Assembly: GCA_014238945.1 (NCBI GenBank)
Contig: JABAAB010000100.1
Location: forward strand, 13,612-77,611
Length of the DNA: 64,000 nt
From: Lysobacterales bacterium
Lineage (GTDB): Bacteria; Pseudomonadota; Gammaproteobacteria; Xanthomonadales; SZUA-36
Direction of reading: 5' to 3'
A model generated the notes under the pieces. That model was not told where the DNA came from, did not search any database, and saw nothing but the letters and a program-made list of their open reading frames with translations. Below are positions 1 through 13,539 of the stretch, piece after piece. The first letter of the stretch is position 1. Every line of letters begins with the position of its first letter. The translations under genes were made by a program, and so were the position numbers.

Positions 1-29
1 TGAGATACAGATACTTCATTCCGGGTCAC

Positions 30-734
30 TCAGTCGACCGGTTCGGTGCTGAGTTGGCCCTTGTTCAGATACAGCGTGCGCGAAGCCCGCTCCGCAGCAT
101 GCTGGTCATGGGTCACCATGATGATGGTTTTACCCTGCTCCCGGTTCAGTGCCTGCAACAGTTCCAAAACCTCGTCACCTGCCTTGCGGTCCAGGTCACC
201 TGTGGGCTCATCGCACAACAACAGGGTGGGATCCGTGACGATGGCACGGGCGATACCGGTACGTTGCTGTTCTCCACCGGACAACTGGCGGGGATAATGC
301 CCTGCGCGATGGGTCAGTCCCACGATATCCAGGGCCAGGGCCGCACGTTTCTTGCGCTCCGCCCGCGACAGACTGGTCAGCAACAAGGGCAGTTCAACAT
401 TTTTCTGGGCCGTGAGCACGGGCATCAGGTTGTAGAACTGGAATACCAGACCCACATGCCGCGCCCGCCACGCGGCCAGTTTACGACCGGGGAGCCGGTC
501 AATACGATGACCACCAACTTCCACGCTGCCTTCGCTGGGGCGATCCAGACCGCCCACCAGGTTCAGCAGGGTGGACTTGCCGGAGCCCGACGGACCCATC
601 AACGCCAGGAATTCGCCGGTGGGTATTTCAAGATCAAGCCCTCCGAGCACATGAATAACTTCAGAGCCACGTTTGAAAATCTTGTCCACACCGCTGACCT
701 TCACCAGTGCTTCATCAACCGTCGTTTGCATCAT
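30..734 (-). CDS. ABC transporter ATP-binding protein (MacB/LolD type)
   Basis: 234-aa ORF with Walker A GPSGSGKST, signature LSGGEQQR, Walker B LLLCDEPTGDLD and H-loop VTHD. Its start overlaps the stop of the upstream adaptor gene. Another minus-strand ORF starts at nt 19 (MKYLYL...) and runs off the window; it is probably the permease. Confidence 0.9.
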   Translation of the reverse strand: MMQTTVDEALVKVSGVDKIFKRGSEVIHVLGGLDLEIPTGEFLALMGPSGSGKSTLLNLVGGLDRPSEGSVEVGGHRIDRLPGRKLAAWRARHVGLVFQFYNLMPVLTAQKNVELPLLLTSLSRAERKKRAALALDIVGLTHRAGHYPRQLSGGEQQRTGIARAIVTDPTLLLCDEPTGDLDRKAGDEVLELLQALNREQGKTIIMVTHDQHAAERASRTLYLNKGQLSTEPVD

Positions 735-1942
735 CCATCCGTTTCCTTCACCACCGCGCCATTTTCAAGACCCACCGGTGCGTTAATTATGATCCTTTCA
801 CCAGCAGATATTCCGGATGACACCAGGATGCCCGAAGCGTGCTCACCCGAAGTTGACACTGCACGGCGTTGTGCCGTCTTGTTGTTAATAACAAATACGT
901 ATTCACTGTCCCCTTCATGAATGATGGCATCCGGTGGTACCCATACCCCGGCCCGGCCCGGTGATGTGACCGACCCGTCGTCCTGGAACGCAACCTTGAC
1001 ACCCATATCCGGCAGGATCCTGGTATCCAGCTGGTCAAATCCGACCCGTACTTCAACTGTTGCACGCTGTCGGTCGGCCGTGGGTACGATCGCAATAACA
1101 TGACTGGGAATCTGCCATTGAGGATAGGCATCCAGTGTGGCAACCACCTTCTGCCCTGCGGACACCCGGTTGATATAGGTCTCGTTGACATCGATTTCGA
1201 TTTCCAGCGAGTCCATGTCGACAATCGTACCGATGCCAGTGCGGGTAAAACCACCACCGGCGGAAATGGGTGAGATCATTTCTCCCGGCTGGGCATTCTT
1301 GGCCACCACCACCCCGGCAAAGGGTGCCCGGATGATGGTGTCCTCAATTTGCAGACGATAAATATCCAGTTGTTTTTCAGAAACCCGGATATCGGCCTGC
1401 TTACGTTCAAGTTGCGCAGTCAGTGATTCAGCCAGAGCACGCGAACGATCGAGTTCAGCGTCACTGGCCAGACCGCGCTCAACCAGGTTGGTGCTGCGTG
1501 AAAAATTGGAGCGGGCCTCTTTCAGCAGGGCGCTGGTCTCTTTGCGCGCTGTCTCGGATGACCTGAGCTGGGCTTCTGCCAGGGCATAACTGGCACGTAC
1601 GTTTGAATCGTCAAGACGGGCCAGCACCTGGTTCATCTCGACCTCGGTACCTTCTTCGATCAGCACTTCGACAACCTTGGCCGTGACCTTGGATGACACG
1701 GTCGCCTGGCGCCTGGCGGTAACATACCCCGAGGCATTCAACACCGTCCCCGCTGCCTGGTTGCTTATCTCGCGCGCCACCACGGTCTGTACCACAATGG
1801 CTGTCGGATGATTTTCCCACCACCACCATGCCAGCGCCACCAGTGCCAATGTGCTCACAACAAAAACACCCGCACCCACCGGTCGTGACTGCGTTTCCGG
1901 TTCTCGATCAATTTTCAGTTGGTCAAGTTTGCTGGTGGCCAT
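731..1942 (-). CDS. HlyD-family periplasmic adaptor (membrane fusion protein)
   Basis: 403 aa. N-terminal TM anchor (VFVVSTLALVALAWWWW), a lipoyl-like half-motif, a long coiled-coil segment, then beta-barrel and membrane-proximal regions. Coupled to the ATPase by an ATGA overlap. Confidence 0.85.
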   Translation of the reverse strand: MATSKLDQLKIDREPETQSRPVGAGVFVVSTLALVALAWWWWENHPTAIVVQTVVAREISNQAAGTVLNASGYVTARRQATVSSKVTAKVVEVLIEEGTEVEMNQVLARLDDSNVRASYALAEAQLRSSETARKETSALLKEARSNFSRSTNLVERGLASDAELDRSRALAESLTAQLERKQADIRVSEKQLDIYRLQIEDTIIRAPFAGVVVAKNAQPGEMISPISAGGGFTRTGIGTIVDMDSLEIEIDVNETYINRVSAGQKVVATLDAYPQWQIPSHVIAIVPTADRQRATVEVRVGFDQLDTRILPDMGVKVAFQDDGSVTSPGRAGVWVPPDAIIHEGDSEYVFVINNKTAQRRAVSTSGEHASGILVSSGISAGERIIINAPVGLENGAVVKETDG

Positions 1943-1995
1943 GTTAAAAGTTCCCTCTATGCCGCGGCATTATACCGTTAATGAAACCGCCCCCT

Positions 1996-3384
1996 TTAAG
2001 GGTCCATCAGGGCCGAGAGTCGTCTGAACTCAGCGACAGCGGGTCCCGGCTCCCGCTCCAGGGTGTTGTAATCAACCCGGAACAAGCCAAAACGGTGATC
2101 AAATCCCTCTGACCATTCAAAGTTGTCCATCAGCGACCAGTGAAAATACCCCTGCACCGGGATACCCTCTTCAATGGCCTGGGAAACTGCATACAGGTGA
2201 CCCCGCAAATATTCAGGCCGCATATCGCCCCGGTTGTCTGCGACGCCATTTTCGGTGATGTAAATGGGTAATTCATAACGTTGCCATACCCGCCTGAGCA
2301 AACGCAGCAATCCCTCGGGGTAGATCTCCACACCGGCATCACTCAGCTGGCCGGGCCCCTGCAGCAAGGCGACCAGCCCGGGCGCGGAAGGCGTAAACCT
2401 GACCAGGTTTCTACGATAATAATTGATACCGAAATAGTCCGCGGATCCATTGAGCTCTGGCAAGGGCTCTTCGATCTCCGGAAACCCCGAGAGATGAAAA
2501 GACACAGCACCACTCTTGATTGAGTCGTAAAAAGCCCAGTTGAAGCCCTTGTCTGCCTCACTGGCCGCGATCCAGTCCAGCGCCCACCAATGACGATCGG
2601 GGTCAAACACGATGAGGTTGATCGCTGCACCCACCCGGCTGTCAGGGTCGTGTTTTCGCAGCGCGGTCGCAGCCGCCGCGTGACCCCGCACCAACCCCGC
2701 AAAGGCCCGTGATGCCTCAGCTGTATCGCGGATCCCCGGTGGCCACACACCCTGCACGTATGCTTGGTACATCTGCACGTTGGGCTCGTTTACGGTGCAC
2801 CAGAAATTGACCTGTGGGCCCAGACGACGGGCGGCCTCGGCGGCAAAACGCCCAAACAGCTCAGGAAAATGCCCGGCCGTCAGCCCGCCCTGGCGCGCCA
2901 GCCAGTCGGGGAGCGTGAAATGCAACAGGGTCACCATGGGTTCTATACCCGCGTGACGCAGGCCGTTGATTTCATCAACATAATGGGACCACGCCGATTC
3001 ATCCCATTGCCCCTCAACGGGTTCCAGTCGACTCCACTCAATGGAAAACCGATAGGCATTGGCACCCATCCCTTTTAACAGGGCAATGTCTTCAGGCACC
3101 CGTTCCCAGTGACCCGCGGCAACGCCACTCACCTGGTCTTCTGAAATATTACCTGGAATACGTTCAAACGCCGCCCAGTCGTTGTGCTCGTTTCCACCTT
3201 CAATCTGGTGGGCCGCGGTCGCTGCGCCGAACAAAAACCCCTTCGGTAACGAGGTCACACCCGCATCAGCTGGTATTTCGGAAAATACGGGTTCCGACTC
3301 CCAGCCCTCAAGTACCACCATGGCCAGAAAGTATGAGCCTGCCATTAATAGCAGTGCGTTTGACACCCATCGAGGAAGCTTCAT
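1996..3384 (-). CDS. GH1-family beta-glucosidase with N-terminal signal/anchor
   Basis: 462 aa. GH1 hallmarks: FLFGAATAAHQIEG, acid/base TVNEP and nucleophile YITENG. Hydrophobic N-terminus LLLMAGSYFLAMVVL. Confidence 0.85.
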   Translation of the reverse strand: MKLPRWVSNALLLMAGSYFLAMVVLEGWESEPVFSEIPADAGVTSLPKGFLFGAATAAHQIEGGNEHNDWAAFERIPGNISEDQVSGVAAGHWERVPEDIALLKGMGANAYRFSIEWSRLEPVEGQWDESAWSHYVDEINGLRHAGIEPMVTLLHFTLPDWLARQGGLTAGHFPELFGRFAAEAARRLGPQVNFWCTVNEPNVQMYQAYVQGVWPPGIRDTAEASRAFAGLVRGHAAAATALRKHDPDSRVGAAINLIVFDPDRHWWALDWIAASEADKGFNWAFYDSIKSGAVSFHLSGFPEIEEPLPELNGSADYFGINYYRRNLVRFTPSAPGLVALLQGPGQLSDAGVEIYPEGLLRLLRRVWQRYELPIYITENGVADNRGDMRPEYLRGHLYAVSQAIEEGIPVQGYFHWSLMDNFEWSEGFDHRFGLFRVDYNTLEREPGPAVAEFRRLSALMDP

Positions 3385-3470
3385 CGTTCCAGTTTAGCCT
3401 ACAAACTGCTATTCCATGCTGGAATATGTCCGTACCGGGGTATTGAGCTACGAATTTTTCGCGGGGCAAT

Positions 3471-3500
3471 AAAAACCGGCCTTCAAGTCAACCAAGCCGG
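3471..3500 (-). terminator. Possible intrinsic terminator downstream of gltD
   Basis: Minus strand reads CCGGCUU...AAGGCCGG (about 7 bp including one GU) followed by UUUUUAUU, 112 nt after the gltD stop. Confidence 0.4.
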
Positions 3501-3611
3501 GTCCCCAACGCAACCTTGCTTATACCGGGAAAGATGGTCCTCCGATCAGACCAGAGGTGGCAAATGGTGCCTTAACCCAGCCAGAAAGGACTGGCATCTC
3601 GTGATTGGTTT

Positions 3612-9550
<5,939 letters not shown>

Positions 9551-9850
9551 GTCATCAGGTCAAGTCCCCGGTACCAATTTTTTCAATACCGGACCCCCTA
9601 TCCTACACGGCTTATATGCTTTGAACTGACCGAAAGCATATTGAAATGCAATTTACAGGCCAAAAAACAAAAGGATTCTCAAGCAATCAGGATCCGCCAC
9701 GCCATGGCCTGTGCAGCTTTCGCTCTGACGCAGGCTGCTGTAACTGGCGGAAGGATTACCCTATAAAAAGTCCGCATTCAACAACAAGGGTACCAACGAA
9801 TCGAATGAGTGTTGCCCTACCCTTCAGAAAACCCATCGGGGAGTATTGAA

Positions 9851-10435
9851 ATGAATCATCTGATAGCACCACAACCGGTCACGGCTCGCCTTACAAAGTT
9901 GAGCTTTCTTCTGTTCCTGGCCTGGTTCATATTCATGGCATCGCCCACCTATGCGCAAGACACCGATAGCGAAGCTGTGACACCACCAAAGTCCATCTGT
10001 GAGACCGCTGACGGGTTTGGTGATTTTGACTTTTGGGTGGGTGAGTGGGAAGTCTATTCCAACGATGAGAAGCGCACCTTCCAGGGTAATAACTCCATCA
10101 CCAAGCACCACCAAAACTGCCTGATTATGGAAAACTGGACCAGTGCCCAGGGTGGAAAAGGCAGCAGTATGAATTATTTTGACCCGGTGGAAGACAGCTG
10201 GCGCCAATTGTGGGTGGCGGGTGGTTACTCCATTGACTACACCGGCGGTCTGGATGAAAACGGTGCAATGTCCCTTGCTGGAAAGATCAACTATTACCAG
10301 CAGGGCACGGGCATTCCTTTTCGTGGCACCTGGACATTGAATGAAGATGGCACAGTGCGGCAGTTTTTTGAGCAACAGAACCCCGAAACGGGCGATTGGG
10401 TCGTTTGGTTTGACGGTCTCTACGTGAAAAAATAA
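9851..10435 (+). CDS. Hypothetical secreted protein
   Basis: Start trimmed to the ATG at 9851, which is preceded by GGGGAG. Signal-like LSFLLFLAWFIFMASPTYAQ. The mature part, FDFWVGEWEV...NWTSAQGG..., is a conserved-looking beta-rich domain I cannot name. Confidence 0.65.
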   Translation: MNHLIAPQPVTARLTKLSFLLFLAWFIFMASPTYAQDTDSEAVTPPKSICETADGFGDFDFWVGEWEVYSNDEKRTFQGNNSITKHHQNCLIMENWTSAQGGKGSSMNYFDPVEDSWRQLWVAGGYSIDYTGGLDENGAMSLAGKINYYQQGTGIPFRGTWTLNEDGTVRQFFEQQNPETGDWVVWFDGLYVKK

Positions 10436-10443
10436 CGGGCGTG

Positions 10444-11169
10444 CTAGCGCAGATACAAATAGCCATCGGAACGGAGCCTGTCCCGTTGACTGCGCCAGTC
10501 GGGGTTCAGGCTCTCCTGTAAGGTATAGAATGCTCGGCCGTGGTTCATTTCACGCAGGTGACATAACTCGTGAGCAATGACGTAGTCTATCAATTCCTGT
10601 GGTGCCTTGATCAGTTGCGTGTTCAGCTTGATTACACCACCGGATGAGCAATTTCCCCAGGTTCGTTTCATTTTTCTCAATCTGAGCGATATGTCCCTGC
10701 CACTGGCCCAGGGTGCTTTTTCGGCAACCGCCTGAAAGCGTGTCTGAAACACGCCAAGAGCCTGTTGCCGATACCATTTGTGTACTGCGCATTGAATGTC
10801 TTCCGGCGCCTTCCTTGCTGTTCTGATCAGGATGGCACCATATTCCATGGTGACCAATGTTTTCCTACCGTTGGGATCACCGACCCGTAACGGATAAGTC
10901 TCGCCCAGGAAAAAGTGCAGTTCACCATGAACGAATTTCAGCGGGGTCGGTTGACATCGGTGTGTGTTGCAGAGAAACCGCTGTACCCGTTTTGCGTTCT
11001 GGCTCAACGTCAGCCTGATTTGATCCGGAGACCAGTGCCTGGGTGCAACCACTACCAGACGGCCCCGTGCATCGATTTCCATGTGCAGTCGTTTCGTGAC
11101 CCTTGGTCGGTTGGTTACGGAATACTCCAGTGGCCCGTCAAGTGACTCGAAAACCAGTTGTTTCACCAA
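10444..11169 (-). CDS. YgjP-like / M48-family (DUF45) metallohydrolase
   Basis: 241 aa with C-terminal HEXXH (VIAHELCHLREMNHG) and the typical WGNCS motif. The start is non-ATG (TTG 11169 or GTG 11166). Confidence 0.75.
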   Translation of the reverse strand: MVKQLVFESLDGPLEYSVTNRPRVTKRLHMEIDARGRLVVVAPRHWSPDQIRLTLSQNAKRVQRFLCNTHRCQPTPLKFVHGELHFFLGETYPLRVGDPNGRKTLVTMEYGAILIRTARKAPEDIQCAVHKWYRQQALGVFQTRFQAVAEKAPWASGRDISLRLRKMKRTWGNCSSGGVIKLNTQLIKAPQELIDYVIAHELCHLREMNHGRAFYTLQESLNPDWRSQRDRLRSDGYLYLR

Positions 11170-11263
11170 AATTCCGGAGCGATTCTATGGGTGGATTCGG
11201 ACATGCTGGGCACACTCTAGCATAGCCTGCCCTGCGACTGGATTTGAAAGTCAAAACCATCAC

Positions 11264-11311
11264 CCGGCACCAAACCTCCATGGGCGCTGGTTCGGTTTAG
11301 TCCGGTTTTTT
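11264..11311 (+). terminator. Imperfect hairpin plus T6, terminator-like
   Basis: CCGG(C)ACCAAACC ... GGTTTAGTCCGG followed by TTTTTT. No upstream plus-strand gene is evident, so this may be a leader or sRNA element. Confidence 0.3.
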
Positions 11312-11384
11312 ATCAGTTCGTCGCATCTTTTGAACCTTTTATCAAATCAATGTTGTCCTGGCTTGTGAGTCACGAGGATTATGT

Positions 11385-11570
11385 ATGGATCGCAAAGAAC
11401 TGATCGCGCTCAAACTGCAGATGGGCATTAACCCATTCATGCAGGTTTCCCCGAACATTTTGCGAGCAATGTGGCATCAGCTGAATATTGAAAGTGTTAA
11501 TGCACGACGCAATCAATCCAGTGCGATGCCACACCCAAATTCTTTGGACCCCAACCATTTGGTTGTATAG
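11385..11570 (+). CDS. Small hypothetical protein (61 aa)
   Basis: ATG preceded by GAGGA at 6-nt spacing. The ORF is followed 19 nt later by a strong intrinsic terminator. No recognisable motif. Confidence 0.5.
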   Translation: MDRKELIALKLQMGINPFMQVSPNILRAMWHQLNIESVNARRNQSSAMPHPNSLDPNHLVV

Positions 11571-11588
11571 CGTTTCTTCTCCTTGTTG

Positions 11589-11618
11589 GCCGGGACCGAA
11601 AGGTACCCGGCTTTTTTT
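11589..11618 (+). terminator. Rho-independent terminator
   Basis: GCCGGG(A)CC-GAAA-GG(TA)CCCGGC stem with a GAAA tetraloop, followed by T7. Confidence 0.75.
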
Positions 11619-11720
11619 GTCCCTCTTTACAATCCAATGCCTGTGTTGATTTCAGCCTCTGGTTGCCCCCGGACCATGCACGCTTCTACAATCACAGGCT
11701 GACAACACGGGGATCAAGCC

Positions 11721-13067
11721 ATGTTCCGGAATATTGCTCTTTGCTGCAGCATATTAATTGCCAGTGGTGTCTGCGCCGAAGTCCCACCCGCAGAAGATCT
11801 GCGTCTGTATGAGATCGCTACAGCAACATCGGCGGAACGAATCGAACAGGATATTCAAAAGCTTGTCAGTTTTGGTACACGCCACAGTCTGTCCGACACC
11901 CATTCAGAGTCCTCCGGGATCGGGGCCGCACGGCGTTGGATAAAATCAGAGTTTGAATCCATTTCCCGGGACTGTGGTGATTGTCTTGAAATATTGACCA
12001 TCTCCGATACGGTTTCCGGAAACCGCATACCTGAACCACATGAGATCGTTTCCGTTATCGCCATTCAGCGTGGTCATTTGGACCCTAGCCGCATGCTTAT
12101 GATGAGCGGTGATATTGACTCAAGGATTTCGAACCCGCTGAACAGCACCGACAGTTCACCCGGTGCCAATGACAATGCATCCGGTATGGCCGGGGTAATT
12201 GAAGCTGCCCGTGTGCTGAGCCAATATCAATTTGCGGCCAGCATCGTGTACGCCGGGCTGGCCGGAGAAGAACAAGGACTTTATGGCGGCAAAATCGTCG
12301 CGGCTTATGCCATTGAGCACAACTGGAACATCGATGCGGTCCTCAACAACGACATGATCGGTAACATTGCCGGCATCAACGGTGTGATTGATAACCACAG
12401 TGCACGCATTTTTTCCGAGGGTGTGCGCTGGACTGAAACCAGGGAAGAGGCCCGAAAGCGGTACTTTACTGGAGGAGAGGTTGATTCCGCCTCACGTAAC
12501 CTGGCCCGTTACGTTAAACGGGTCGGTGAACAATACATCAGTAACCTCGATCTGATGATGGTATACCGCCTGGACCGTTTTGGTCGTGGAGGCCATCACC
12601 GTCCGTTCAATGAGTCCGGCTTCCCGGGTATCCGGATCATGGAGGTCAACGAGCACTACGATCGCCAGCACCAGGATCTTCGCAATGAAGACGGGCGGCA
12701 CTACGGTGATACGATAGAGTTTGTGAATTTCGATTTCGCTGCCAAGTTAACCGCGCTCAACGCGGTCTCTCTGGCGTCACTTGCATGGGCACCACCTCCA
12801 CCCTCAGGGGTTGAGATAGAGGGAATTGTGCAAGCCAGTACCACACTGAAATGGACCCGGAACGAGGCTGAGAACCTGGCCGGATATCGCGTGTACTGGC
12901 GCCTGACAACCGAGCCGCAATGGACACGCAGTCGCTGGGTTGGCAAGGTGGACCACTACACGCTGAAAAATATAGTCATTGACAACTACCTTTTCGGAGT
13001 TGCGAGTGTTGCCAAAAACGGAAACGAAAGTCCGGTGGTCTTTCCCGGTCCGGCAGGAGCTTTTTAG
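11721..13067 (+). CDS. Secreted M28-family aminopeptidase with C-terminal FN3-like domain
   Basis: 448 aa. Signal peptide (CCSILIASGVCAE), M28 metal-ligand region (GANDNASGMAGVIEAARVL; AGEEQGLYG), and a C-terminal roughly 90 aa with an FN3-type pattern (LKWTRNEAENLAGYRVYWR). Confidence 0.8.
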   Translation: MFRNIALCCSILIASGVCAEVPPAEDLRLYEIATATSAERIEQDIQKLVSFGTRHSLSDTHSESSGIGAARRWIKSEFESISRDCGDCLEILTISDTVSGNRIPEPHEIVSVIAIQRGHLDPSRMLMMSGDIDSRISNPLNSTDSSPGANDNASGMAGVIEAARVLSQYQFAASIVYAGLAGEEQGLYGGKIVAAYAIEHNWNIDAVLNNDMIGNIAGINGVIDNHSARIFSEGVRWTETREEARKRYFTGGEVDSASRNLARYVKRVGEQYISNLDLMMVYRLDRFGRGGHHRPFNESGFPGIRIMEVNEHYDRQHQDLRNEDGRHYGDTIEFVNFDFAAKLTALNAVSLASLAWAPPPPSGVEIEGIVQASTTLKWTRNEAENLAGYRVYWRLTTEPQWTRSRWVGKVDHYTLKNIVIDNYLFGVASVAKNGNESPVVFPGPAGAF

Positions 13068-13389
13068 CAGTCAAAATCTGAACTGTCTGACCCATGGGTT
13101 TGTAGTCAGGTGCCTTATAAGCACTGGATTTTGGACAGGTTTTCCGGTAGTATCTCTGGCAGATAAGAAATAAAGGGGCTTTATCGAATCTCATTGATCG
13201 CAATGCAAACGGTCAGCATTTGACACGCTGTGCCTGTAGCAATTGCCTACCCAGTTTTTCGCCACCCGCTGTAAACCCAGGTTGTCGAACTACAGGCGCA
13301 GAACTAAAAAAATCAGATTGCTGAAGAGGGCAACAGGCTGCGCAACTTTTTTTGACATGCCGAAACGGTACCAGTACAGGGTCGTAAAG

Positions 13390-13425
13390 AGCAGATATTT
13401 CCAACAGGAGTGTCTGCTTTTTTTT
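13390..13425 (+). terminator. Rho-independent terminator / possible attenuator in leader of downstream gene
   Basis: 12-bp stem AGCAGAUAUUUC / GGAGUGUCUGCU (3 GU pairs), CAACA loop, then T8. It lies 323 nt after the M28 stop and 115 nt before the ATG at 13540. Confidence 0.65.
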
Positions 13426-13539
13426 GTGGCCGGAAAATTCATCACGCTTGGAAGACGACAGAGGAACGGCTCTATCTTACAATTGTTCACGGACCACATT
13501 CCATTTAACGGCAGCTAGTAATTTTCAGGTCAGGTATTG

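Noticed and set aside
54-920. 288-aa plus-strand ORF. Similar long ORFs lie antisense to gltB (9003-9629), thrB/thrA (19060-19869), asnB (22266-22949), gabD (33773-34477) and the 604-aa gene (14551-15060).
   Set aside because: All lie entirely opposite strongly supported genes and have low-complexity Arg/Gly/Pro/Ser-rich composition. None has recognisable motifs or start signals. They are typical shadow ORFs in moderately GC-rich DNA.
1958-1969. Perfect 12-bp palindrome ATGCCGCGGCAT between the beta-glucosidase and HlyD genes.
   Set aside because: It is too short for a stable terminator (4-bp stem) and has no T-run. It may be an operator, but a single short palindrome is within chance expectation.
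13357-13518. 53-codon ORF just upstream of the GT-like gene with two N-G-S sequons (RNGSIL and PFNGS-stop), considered as a possible glycosylated precursor peptide.
   Set aside because: It has no Shine-Dalgarno, and its basic composition is typical of random translation of spacer DNA. A strong intrinsic terminator (13390-13425) lies inside it. I kept it only as something to test if the GT family proves to be peptide-modifying.
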